Shown in pieces: positions 23,360 through 33,527 of a DNA stretch of 64,000 nucleotides. Each line of letters opens with the position of its first letter. Within the stretch, counting starts at the first letter, position 1. Under the pieces are notes generated by a model. It made no database searches and had not been told where the DNA came from. It saw only the letters and a list, made by a program, of their open reading frames with translations. The translations under genes were made by a program, and so were the position numbers. This DNA is from an uncultured bacterium (lineage in GTDB: Bacteria > Krumholzibacteriota > Krumholzibacteriia > LZORAL124-64-63), in contig CAVSGO010000007.1 of the NCBI GenBank assembly GCA_963727525.1, positions 416,001 to 480,000 of the forward strand, written 5' to 3'.

Positions 23360-23474
23360 AACCGGCTTAATGCGTTGCATTTTCGGACGGATGCCTTAGG
23401 TTTGTGATCGCCGTTTTCATTTGATACGGCCGGATGCCTCCGGTCCCACGTCATCCGATGGGGAGATCCATACG

Positions 23475-24653
<1,179 letters not shown>

Positions 24654-24656
24654 GCC

Positions 24657-24938
24657 ATGGAGATGTTCGTGGCCGCATTGACGGTCTTCGTGCTCGCCGT
24701 ATTCGTGGGCATCGAGGTCATCACCAAGGTGCCGCCGACACTGCACACCCCGCTCATGTCGGGCTCGAACGCGATCAGCGGCATCACGATCGTCGGCGCC
24801 ATCCTCGTGAGCCATTCGAACAACCCGGTGCTCGCCAAATGGCTGGGACTGTTCGCGCTCATCTTCGCGTCCATCAACGTGGTCGGTGGCTTCCTCGTCA
24901 CGCACCGCATGCTGGATATGTTCAAGAAGAAGAAGTAA
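24657..24938 (+). CDS. pntAB: NAD(P) transhydrogenase alpha subunit part 2
   Basis: 'VPPTLHTPLMSGSNAISG', 'NVVGGFLVTHRMLDMFK'. Confidence 0.96.
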   Translation: MEMFVAALTVFVLAVFVGIEVITKVPPTLHTPLMSGSNAISGITIVGAILVSHSNNPVLAKWLGLFALIFASINVVGGFLVTHRMLDMFKKKK

Positions 24939-24956
24939 GGCCCCGGGAGGACCGAC

Positions 24957-26342
24957 GTGAACCATCAGTTCTTGCTCCCCGAGGCCTGGATCAATCTGGC
25001 CTACCTCATCGCCGCGGTGCTGTTCATCTACGGCCTGAAGGGGTTGACGCATCCGCGCACCGCGGTGCGTGGGAACTTCCTCGGCGCCGTCGGCATGTTC
25101 ATCGCCATGGTGGCGACGGCCCTGGCCATGGGCCTCGACTACGCATACATCGTCATCGGCATCGTCGCCGGCGGTCTCATCGGCGGTGTGGCCGCGTACA
25201 AGGTGAAGATGACCTCCATGCCCGAGATGGTGGCTTTGTTCAACGGCTTCGGCGGTGCGGCCTCGATTCTCGTGGCCGGCGCGGCGTTCATGGCGATCGC
25301 GCAACCCGGCATGCAGACGACCATCGCCACGGGCCTGAGCGGTCTCATCGGCGGCGTCACCTTCTCCGGCAGCCTCATCGCCTTCCTCAAGCTCAACGAG
25401 ACGATCAAGAAGAACCTGTACTTCCCAGGCCAGCAGGCGCTCAATGCCTTGCTGCTCCTGGGTTCGCTGGCGCTCACGGGCTGGATGGTGGCCGGCGGCG
25501 GGATGATGCCGTACTGGGTGATCACGGCGTTGAGTCTGGCGCTGGGCGTGTTCCTGACCATGGGCATCGGCGGTGCCGACATGCCGGTGGTGATCGCCCT
25601 TCTGAACAGCTACTCCGGCCTCGCGGCGGCGGCCACGGGCTTCGTGCTGGGCAACGATCTGCTCATCATCGCGGGTTCGCTGGTCGGTGCCTCGGGCGTT
25701 ATCCTCACGAACATCATGTGCAAGGCCATGAACCGCAGCTTGCCGGCCGTGCTCTTCGGCAAGTTCGGCGGCGCCAGCGACGGTCCCAGCGCCGACGAGG
25801 TCTACGGCGGCAAGGTGAAGGCCACCAGTCCGGAGGAGGTGGCCATGCTGCTCGATGGCGTGCAACGCGTGGTCATCGTGCCGGGCTACGGCATGGCGGT
25901 GGCGCAGGCCCAGCATGTGGTGCGCGACTTCGGCAACCTCCTCGAGCAGCGCGGAGCCACGGTGGAGTACGCGATCCACCCCGTGGCCGGCCGCATGCCG
26001 GGCCACATGAACGTGCTCCTGGCCGAAGCTGACGTACCCTACGATCAGCTCATCGAGATGGACGACATCAACCCCACGATGGACCAGGTCGACGTGGCCA
26101 TCGTGATCGGCGCCAACGACGTGGTCAATCCGGTGGCGCGTACCGATCCCAGCAGCCCCATCGCGGGCATGCCGATCATCGACGTGGACAAGGCGCGTAC
26201 GGTGGTCGTCGTCAAGCGTTCGCTCAGTCCGGGCTTTGCGGGTATTCCCAACCCGCTCTTCGCCGCCGACAACACCCTGATGATGTTCGGAGACGGCAAG
26301 AAGGCCATGATGGAGCTGAACTCGGCGCTCAAGGAAAACTAG
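24957..26342 (+). CDS. pntB: NAD(P) transhydrogenase beta subunit
   Basis: 'GGADMPVVI..LNSYSG', 'VPGYGMAVAQAQH', 'HPVAGRMPGHMNVLLAEA'. Confidence 0.97.
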   Translation: MNHQFLLPEAWINLAYLIAAVLFIYGLKGLTHPRTAVRGNFLGAVGMFIAMVATALAMGLDYAYIVIGIVAGGLIGGVAAYKVKMTSMPEMVALFNGFGGAASILVAGAAFMAIAQPGMQTTIATGLSGLIGGVTFSGSLIAFLKLNETIKKNLYFPGQQALNALLLLGSLALTGWMVAGGGMMPYWVITALSLALGVFLTMGIGGADMPVVIALLNSYSGLAAAATGFVLGNDLLIIAGSLVGASGVILTNIMCKAMNRSLPAVLFGKFGGASDGPSADEVYGGKVKATSPEEVAMLLDGVQRVVIVPGYGMAVAQAQHVVRDFGNLLEQRGATVEYAIHPVAGRMPGHMNVLLAEADVPYDQLIEMDDINPTMDQVDVAIVIGANDVVNPVARTDPSSPIAGMPIIDVDKARTVVVVKRSLSPGFAGIPNPLFAADNTLMMFGDGKKAMMELNSALKEN

Positions 26343-26389
26343 ACCCATTTCGGGGCCGGTGGCGGCGGAAGCCGCCGCCGGCTCGCGCG

Positions 26390-29300
26390 TCAGCCGAGAT
26401 GCCGCACGAGGCCGCCCCACGCGCGGTCCACGTCGAACCCCTGCCGTCCGAAGAATTCAAGCAAGCTGAAGTGCGTGCGCACGAGGGTGTGCCCCTCCGC
26501 CGCCATGCGGCGGCAAAAGTCGTCGATGAGCGCGCGTGCCAGACCGCGACCGCGCAGCGTGCGCGTCACCACCACGCCCTCGAGATGGGGCTCGCTGCCG
26601 GTGTCGGGGCGGTAGACGATGCCGCCCACGAGCTGTTCGCGCGCGTCGAGCACGAGCAAGTGGTGGTCCTGCGCGCTGATCGAGAGCGGAAAACCCGAGA
26701 ACAGGAAGAGTCGGTACAGGCGTCCGATCTCTGCCGGCGTGCGCGGCTCGAGGCATTCGTAGGTGCTGCCGCGGTCGTCGGTGAGCGTGGTGCGCAGCAC
26801 CACGTGCCGGCGCTCACGATCGCCCACCGTGGTCACCTGCGGTTGCTGCTCCTCGGTGGCGTGCGGGAATGCGAGGCGACGGAACGCGAGGCGGTCGTCC
26901 GCATCGTCGAGGGCGTTCTGCAGATCCGACAGCTCCACCGTCTGCGCCGCGCGCAGCCCGGCCGACTGGAAGAGCCGCTTCTGCAGGCGCGCGAACGCGT
27001 GCGCCACTTCCGGACTCGCGTCGGCGAAGTAGGTGCGCCGGTACAGGGCATAGCGCGCCGGTTCGCCGAGGTCGGTGAGATGATAGAGGCGGGCAAGAGC
27101 CTCGAGCTGATCGACGCGGGCCGCCGGCGACGCATCCGGGTTGGCCGCATGCCAGGCGCCGTAGCGCGCGATCGCATTCTCCAGCGCCAGCGGTGGCCGG
27201 TACTGCTCGGCGAGTTGCGCGATGAAGGCGCCCACCGTCGCCGGGAAGTCGGGCCCCGCCTCGGGCAAACCCTCCTGGGCGAGGTCGCGCTCCAGCTCGA
27301 CGAGGAACGCTCTTGCGTCTGTTGGTCCCAGGGCCTCGGCCACGGCCTCGAGCACGAACGTGTCGCGGATGTGCTCGGCGCATCCGGGATAATGGTTGGC
27401 CGGTAGGTGCAGGAAATTCTTGAGCAAGGGGCGCACCAGGGAGAGGGGCCCGCGGTAGGGCTGCGACCCCGCGAGGTTGATCACGAGGCGGTCCTCGCGC
27501 CAGTCCGGGTCGGGCACGATCACGTTGGTGGGCATCACCGTGCCGGGGATGAGCCGGCGATTCCCGTGCAACCACGCGCGCAGCATCGTCGCGATGCCGG
27601 CCACGAGCAGATGGCGCCAGCCCGTGGCATCCAGCGGATGCGACGCGTCGGGCTGGGCATGCATCCTGATGCGATCCCACACGGCCAGCTCGCTCTCGAA
27701 GGCGAGCGACACGGCGCCCAGATCGGGCCTGATGTAGCCGAATCGCGGCACCACCGGATTACCCTGGGGATAGGCGCGCATCGCGATCATCCAGTAGAAC
27801 GTGCGCATGACCTCGAGATCGTGCAGATCGTCGCGGATGATCACCATCAGGTCGTAATGGCTGCCGCCCGCCAGGTTGATGCTCACGCGGTAGCGCGCCG
27901 AGAAGTGCTTGGACACCGTCCGGCTGATCCAGATGCCGCCGGCCGGGATGTCCTGGGGGTCGAGCGTCTCGCTGAACGCGAGCTGCACTGACCCTTGGAG
28001 GAATGTGGTGCCCACGATGACCCGCTGCAGACGCGCGATCTCGGCCTCGCCCAGGCCGTCCTGGTAGGCCAGCTTGCCGGACCAATCGCCGTCGTGCTGT
28101 CCCTTCGCGATCAGGGTGTGCTCGTACCAGGCACCCAGGTCCTGGAGATGGCGCAGGGCGCAGGCGGCCAGTTCGGGATCGCGGTCGAAGACGATCCAGC
28201 AGGCCAGCTCGCGGCGTACGGTGGAGTAGTACTCGATGTTCTCACGGCCGAATTCCGTGAGCAGGCGCAACAGATCGGCGAACACGGACCGTACGGCGGG
28301 CGTGGCGGGCCAGCTCAGCCATTCCCGGTAGCGGTGCAACCGCCGTCGGAGCGCGAGGAGCCGGCGCGACTCGAAGCTCGAGTGTGCGATCGTCGCGATG
28401 CTGTTCTCGCAGAGGAACGATTTGCCGGAGTAGATGAACGCCGGCAGATAGCGATCGTAGTCGGGTTCGGGCTGGTCGAGCAGCAACGCCAGATACGCCT
28501 GGCAACGCAGATCCTGGCGGGGGTGGTTCGCCATGGCCTCCAGCCGGCGGCGGATGACCGCGGCCTCGTGCGGCGGCGCCTGGGGCAGGCGGCCGACGAG
28601 GGTGGCGGCGGCCACGCGGGCGGAGGCCGGTTTGCCATAGAGGAGATCCCGGCAGAGCAGGTCGAGCTGGGCGAGGCGCGGGTCGAGATAGAGGGCGCGC
28701 GGCGCCACCTCGGTGTCGTCCGTGGTGCGTTCGGGAAGCAGCACCTGGTCGGACACCTCCTCGAGCCCATGATCCCAGCCGCCCTTGCATGGCAGGAATG
28801 TCGTCAGCGCCGGATTGCCGAGCCACAGCAGGGGCTGCTTTGCGAAGAGTCCCAGGTCGATGCGCGCTTCGCCGCCGGCGAGGTGATATTCCAGGTTGCC
28901 GATGCGCACCCAGCCCGTCCGCTGTCCACGCGCCAGCGGCAGGTGCACGCCGCGGCGCGTGTCGATGAGGCCGTCGTCGTCGACGCGGATCGTGTCCTCA
29001 AGCGCGGACAGGTCGCGTAACACCCACCGCGGCATGATCACCTCATGGCCCTGCCAGGTCAGCTCCCGCCGGTCGCTGCGATACAGATCCTCCACGACCG
29101 GTGCGAAGTTCCGCGTGATCTGCTTGCGCCGGTACGAGTCCTTGGGCGTCAGCTCGCCCTGTTCCGCGTCGAAGTCGCGATCGAGCAGCGCGAAGCCCAC
29201 GACGCGCTCGTATGGGGCCAGGTCGAGGTTGGCCTGGGTGATGAGGCGCTGGAAGTATTCGTGACGCTCGGTCGGCGCAAGCGCCTGCAGGATCGGATCG

Positions 29301-30958
29301 TCGTCGTCGGGCACGATGAGCAGCGTGTTGTAGGCGCGGCCATCGCCAGCCAGGAAGGTCCTTGTGATGCCGGGCGTCCCTTCGAAACGCGCCTCCACCT
29401 TGCGCGGCGCGATGGTCTGGCCCCGATTGTTCTTGTAGATGTCCTTGATGCGATCGACGATCTGCAGGTGGTCGCCGGGCAACACGCGAAAGAGGTCGCC
29501 GGTGCCGATCCACACGTCGTCGGCCTCGGGTCGTTCCACCGTGAGGTCGCCATGCGGGGCGTCCTCCTCGAGGTAGCGCGCCACGTAGGGACCGGCCACA
29601 CGCAACTCGTCCTGGTCGCCGAACGCCACGCGCACGCCGGGCAGCGGGATGCCCACCGATTCCTCGACGTATTCGCCCGGCGGCGTCATCGTCAGGCCGC
29701 CCGTACCCTCGGTCATGCCGAAGCCGCTGCACAGCTCCACTCCGTGGCGCTGGAAGAAACGGAACACCACGGGATCGAGATAACCGGCCGCCGACAATCC
29801 CCAGCGCAGGCGTCCTCCCGTGACCTCGTTCAGCGCCACGCCTGGATCGCCCTCCTCGCCAGCCACGGCGAGTGCGCGGTCGCGAAGCTGTTGCCAGCGC
29901 AGCGGCACGCTGATCATGCCTGTGGGGCGCACCAGCGGCATCTGGTTGAGCAGCGTCTCCACCGAGGGGTTGCCCGCGAAGACGTACGTGCCGCCCCAGG
30001 AGAGCATGCCCAGCAGTTCGAGATAGCGTCCGAAGGTATGGAACAGCGGCAGGTAGCTGAGCAGCGTCTCGTCGTTGCCCACGCGTGGCAGCGCCGCGGC
30101 GCGCGCGAAGCGCTTGCTCACGAGGTTGAACTGCGAGAAGGCGATGCCCTTGGGACGGCCCGTGGACCCGCTCGTGAACATCACGGTGCAAGGCTCTCGC
30201 AGCGAGAAGCGCGGGCGCTCCGCCAGCCGACGGTCGACCTCGTCGCTCTTCAGGTCGGCGAGCGCTGCCTCGAGGAGTACCGCATCCGCTCCGCCCGTGG
30301 GCACGGAGCTGATCAGGTGGATCCGCGGCGGGCGCACGGCCTGGTCGCGCACCTCGAGCGCGCGCTGCAGCAGGTCGGGACCGTCGACCACGAGGTCGGT
30401 GATCGCCAGGCGGTCGCTGATCCAGGTGAGCGAATCCGTCGACTCGTGCACGCTGAGCGGTGTGACCAGGATGTCGTGCAGCAGGCAGGCGAGGTCGCAG
30501 CATGCCGACTGCAGGCCGTTGGTGGCGACGATCGCCACGCGCGGACGCCCGGGGGCCGTGGGATGGGGTGCGGCCCCGGGATCGGGTCCCAGGAAGTGCG
30601 CCGCCAGTTGCCGGGTGCGCCGGCGCACCGTGGCGTACGACCAGGCCGGTTCGCCCGGTTGACCGAGGTCGCGCAGGTAGATGCGCTCGCCCCGCTCGGT
30701 TGCCCGCCAGTCCATGAGACTGGCCAGGGTGAACCGTGCGCGCTCGATCGCGTCGAAAACGACCTCCGCCCAGGCATAGCGGGCGGAGCGATCGGGCAGG
30801 GCGCCCAGGAAGGCGGCGTTCGCGGTGGTCGTGAGGAAGCGGTGCCAGAGGTCGGGGTCATCGTCGGTCTCGGCCCGGGCCGCCGCGAGGATCGCCGCCG
30901 CGTCGCCGGTGGTGTCGGCGAGCCATGCGGCGAGGCGCGGCGCCAGACCTTCGTTCAT
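26390..30958 (-). CDS. 1522-aa multidomain protein: long-chain acyl-CoA-synthetase-like (AMP-binding) domain, uncharacterised middle region, C-terminal GNAT acetyltransferase
   Basis: 'MFTSGSTGRPKG', 'YLPLFH', 'GFGMTE', 'TGDL', 'DRIKDIYK'; GNAT motif A 'VTRTLRGRGLARAL...FFGRQGF'; ATGA overlap with hemY. Confidence 0.85.
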   Translation of the reverse strand: MNEGLAPRLAAWLADTTGDAAAILAAARAETDDDPDLWHRFLTTTANAAFLGALPDRSARYAWAEVVFDAIERARFTLASLMDWRATERGERIYLRDLGQPGEPAWSYATVRRRTRQLAAHFLGPDPGAAPHPTAPGRPRVAIVATNGLQSACCDLACLLHDILVTPLSVHESTDSLTWISDRLAITDLVVDGPDLLQRALEVRDQAVRPPRIHLISSVPTGGADAVLLEAALADLKSDEVDRRLAERPRFSLREPCTVMFTSGSTGRPKGIAFSQFNLVSKRFARAAALPRVGNDETLLSYLPLFHTFGRYLELLGMLSWGGTYVFAGNPSVETLLNQMPLVRPTGMISVPLRWQQLRDRALAVAGEEGDPGVALNEVTGGRLRWGLSAAGYLDPVVFRFFQRHGVELCSGFGMTEGTGGLTMTPPGEYVEESVGIPLPGVRVAFGDQDELRVAGPYVARYLEEDAPHGDLTVERPEADDVWIGTGDLFRVLPGDHLQIVDRIKDIYKNNRGQTIAPRKVEARFEGTPGITRTFLAGDGRAYNTLLIVPDDDDPILQALAPTERHEYFQRLITQANLDLAPYERVVGFALLDRDFDAEQGELTPKDSYRRKQITRNFAPVVEDLYRSDRRELTWQGHEVIMPRWVLRDLSALEDTIRVDDDGLIDTRRGVHLPLARGQRTGWVRIGNLEYHLAGGEARIDLGLFAKQPLLWLGNPALTTFLPCKGGWDHGLEEVSDQVLLPERTTDDTEVAPRALYLDPRLAQLDLLCRDLLYGKPASARVAAATLVGRLPQAPPHEAAVIRRRLEAMANHPRQDLRCQAYLALLLDQPEPDYDRYLPAFIYSGKSFLCENSIATIAHSSFESRRLLALRRRLHRYREWLSWPATPAVRSVFADLLRLLTEFGRENIEYYSTVRRELACWIVFDRDPELAACALRHLQDLGAWYEHTLIAKGQHDGDWSGKLAYQDGLGEAEIARLQRVIVGTTFLQGSVQLAFSETLDPQDIPAGGIWISRTVSKHFSARYRVSINLAGGSHYDLMVIIRDDLHDLEVMRTFYWMIAMRAYPQGNPVVPRFGYIRPDLGAVSLAFESELAVWDRIRMHAQPDASHPLDATGWRHLLVAGIATMLRAWLHGNRRLIPGTVMPTNVIVPDPDWREDRLVINLAGSQPYRGPLSLVRPLLKNFLHLPANHYPGCAEHIRDTFVLEAVAEALGPTDARAFLVELERDLAQEGLPEAGPDFPATVGAFIAQLAEQYRPPLALENAIARYGAWHAANPDASPAARVDQLEALARLYHLTDLGEPARYALYRRTYFADASPEVAHAFARLQKRLFQSAGLRAAQTVELSDLQNALDDADDRLAFRRLAFPHATEEQQPQVTTVGDRERRHVVLRTTLTDDRGSTYECLEPRTPAEIGRLYRLFLFSGFPLSISAQDHHLLVLDAREQLVGGIVYRPDTGSEPHLEGVVVTRTLRGRGLARALIDDFCRRMAAEGHTLVRTHFSLLEFFGRQGFDVDRAWGGLVRHLG

Positions 30959-32409
30959 GTGACCGCCTCCACCGAAGCCAGATATGCGCGGACGCGCGCG
31001 GCCACCGCCGGCGCCTCCTTGGCGCAGGCATTCACGGCGATGCCGTGGTAGGCGCTGCCTGCCAGCATGAGCCCCGGCGTGCGCACGAGCGCCCGCTCCG
31101 CCGCCGCGAGCCGCGCCAGGTGGCCCACCTCGTACTCGGCGATGGCCTCACGGTGGCGAAATACCCACGCGCGCTCCGGCCGTCCGCGCACGCCGTAGAG
31201 CGCATCCAGCTCGGCCGTAGTGCGCGTCACGATCTCGTCGTCGTCGAGATCGAGCCAGCCTGGGTCGCCGGCCATGCAGCGCAGAAGCACCTTGCCCTGC
31301 GGCGCGCGGCCTCGCCAGATGCTACTCGTCCACAGGACGCCGAGCAACGGTCGCTTCTCGCCGCTGGGGGTGAGCATGCCGAAGCCGTCGAGGGGATGCG
31401 TCACCTGGTCGCGCGCGAAGGCCACGGCGACGACCGTGATGGGATTGTAACGGATCCCACCCAGGAGCGTGCGCACCTTGGCGTCCGGCTGGTGCCGGGC
31501 GGCCGCGTGAGCCGGGGTGGCGTCCACGACCGCGGCGAACGGCCCCTCCCGACCGCGTGGGCCATGCAGCTGCCAGCCGCCATCCGTGGCCACGAGTTCG
31601 CCCACCGGCCAGCCGGTATGCACGGGTTCCGGGAGTGTCGCCGCGAGCTGTCGCGGCAGGCTGTCGATCCCGTCCACGAAACTCGTGAGCACGCCCTTCG
31701 GCGCGGGCGTGGGCGCGTCGCTGCCGCCGGCCGCGTCCCGGCGCTGGCGCCGCTCGCGGCTCTTCTGCCGGCCGATCGCGAAGAGTGCGCGGAACAGGCC
31801 GCCATGATCGCGTTCCAGCTCCACCATGCGTGGAAACGCTGCGGCCAGGCTCACCCGGCGGCTGTCGCCACCCGTGATGCCGCGCACCATCGGGTCGAGC
31901 ATCACGTCGGCGAAGGCGCGGCCGAGACGTCGGACACCGAAGGCGTGCACTGTCTCGTCGCTGTGCGGATCCTCGGCCGCGCGGCCGAGATCGCGGCGGG
32001 CCGGGATCAGCGGCTCGCAGAGGATGCGCAGCTTGGCGCCTGGGCCGAAGAGGTCGCAGCCGAGAAACTGCCCCGGCGTGGTGGGCACCTCGCGTAGCTT
32101 GCCGCCGTGGACGATGTAGCGGATCCTGGCCGCGTCCTCGCTGCGCAGCAGCGAGTCGGTGAGGCCCGCGCGTGCGGCGATGGCCAGCGTGGCGGGTTCG
32201 CTGTCGAGGAAACCGTTCGGCCCCCATTCGATGAGATAGCCGTCCTCGCGTGTCGTACGCAGATTGCCGCCTACCGTGTCGGCAGCCTCGAACACGGCGA
32301 CATCCACGGGCGCCACCGCGCCATCGTCGGGAAAGGCGAGGGCGTGGGCGATCGCCAGCCCGGCGACGCCACCACCGAGAACCGCGACGCGTGATGGTCG
32401 TTCGTTCAT
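30955..32409 (-). CDS. hemY: HemY-type protoporphyrinogen/coproporphyrinogen oxidase
   Basis: GGGVAGL FAD motif, 'VGGNLRT', 'EWGPNGF', 'AAFPRM', 'GIAVNAC'; ATG at 32409 overlaps the hemH stop. Confidence 0.92.
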   Translation of the reverse strand: MNERPSRVAVLGGGVAGLAIAHALAFPDDGAVAPVDVAVFEAADTVGGNLRTTREDGYLIEWGPNGFLDSEPATLAIAARAGLTDSLLRSEDAARIRYIVHGGKLREVPTTPGQFLGCDLFGPGAKLRILCEPLIPARRDLGRAAEDPHSDETVHAFGVRRLGRAFADVMLDPMVRGITGGDSRRVSLAAAFPRMVELERDHGGLFRALFAIGRQKSRERRQRRDAAGGSDAPTPAPKGVLTSFVDGIDSLPRQLAATLPEPVHTGWPVGELVATDGGWQLHGPRGREGPFAAVVDATPAHAAARHQPDAKVRTLLGGIRYNPITVVAVAFARDQVTHPLDGFGMLTPSGEKRPLLGVLWTSSIWRGRAPQGKVLLRCMAGDPGWLDLDDDEIVTRTTAELDALYGVRGRPERAWVFRHREAIAEYEVGHLARLAAAERALVRTPGLMLAGSAYHGIAVNACAKEAPAVAARVRAYLASVEAVT

Positions 32410-33527
32410 CGGGTGCCTCCAGCCGCCCCCGCGGACGCCAGGGACGGGAAGCAGCGGTGCACGAGCTCGTCGGCGAGGGATCGCAGCCAGCCGTCGTGCA
32501 GGTTGAGCGCCGGCACCCGGACGAACTCGGTGACGCCGGCATCGCGAACGGCATGGCCCAGTTCGTTGTCCAACTCGTCGAGGGTCTCGATGTGATCGCA
32601 GGTGAAGCTCACCGGCACCACCACGAGATGGGTGACGCCGCGACGGGCCAAAGCCACGCACGAGAGTTCCGTCGGCGGACCGACCCAGCGCACCGGTCCC
32701 ACCTTGCTCTGGAATGCCAGCATCGGCGCGGAGCCGCCCGCGGCGAGCCCATCGGTCCACGTTCGCGCCGCGGCGAGCTTGTCGCGCACGCGGGCGTGCA
32801 CGCTCGCCACGGTGGCGCGGGTCTGCCGTACGTAGGGATCGCCGTGGCGCACGAACCGTTCCGGCAAGCTGTGCGCGGTGTAGACGAGCGCGCAGCGCTG
32901 CGGATTCACACCCTCCGCGTGCCAGCGGGCAAGCGGAACGGCGGCATCGCCGGCGAGTGCCGCGAGGTAACCGGGCAACAGGGGCCACTCACGCAGCGCC
33001 CGCAACGGCAGCCTCGGTTCTGAAGTCTGCATAACCCGTTCCAGCTCGGCGAGGCTCGAGCCTGTCGTGGCGGCGCTGTATTGCGGGTACGTGGGTACAC
33101 CCAGGACTTGCCGGGCTCCGTACTCGCGCAGCGTCGCCAGCGCCTCGTCGGTGAACGGATGCCAGTACCGCATGGCCACGCCGGCCACCACGTCGATCTT
33201 CCGCGCACGCAAGAGGTCGACCAGACGATCGGCCTGACGGCGCGTCCAGTCGAGCTGGGGGGAGCCGCCGCCGTGCCCCAGGGTGCTGTAGCGCTCGCGC
33301 ACGGCGTCCACGCGGCGGCGCACGATGAGCTTGCCCACCGGTCGCGAGAGCCAGGCGGGCAGCGGCAGCACCATCGGGTCGGCGAAGAGGTTGCTCAGGA
33401 ACGGTCCCACGCTCTCGGGGCCGTCCGGACCCCCCATGCCCAGCAGCAGCAGGCCGGTGCGACGCCGGGGGTCGAGGGGCGCGGCAGGAGGCAGCTTTGG
33501 GGTGAACCTCACGTCGGGATCCCTCAC
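32406..33527 (-). CDS. hemH: Ferrochelatase
   Basis: 'LLLGMGGP', 'GGGSP', 'AMRYWHP', 'YPQYS', 'AHSLP', 'FQSKVGP..WVGP', 'DHIETLDELD'; GTGA overlap with hemN. Confidence 0.94.
   Translation of the reverse strand: MRDPDVRFTPKLPPAAPLDPRRRTGLLLLGMGGPDGPESVGPFLSNLFADPMVLPLPAWLSRPVGKLIVRRRVDAVRERYSTLGHGGGSPQLDWTRRQADRLVDLLRARKIDVVAGVAMRYWHPFTDEALATLREYGARQVLGVPTYPQYSAATTGSSLAELERVMQTSEPRLPLRALREWPLLPGYLAALAGDAAVPLARWHAEGVNPQRCALVYTAHSLPERFVRHGDPYVRQTRATVASVHARVRDKLAAARTWTDGLAAGGSAPMLAFQSKVGPVRWVGPPTELSCVALARRGVTHLVVVPVSFTCDHIETLDELDNELGHAVRDAGVTEFVRVPALNLHDGWLRSLADELVHRCFPSLASAGAAGGTR

Noticed and set aside
23401-23423. Rex or CRP/FNR box upstream of pntAA (TTGTGATCGCCGTTTTCA)
   Set aside because: Only one half-site matches; there is no proper dyad.
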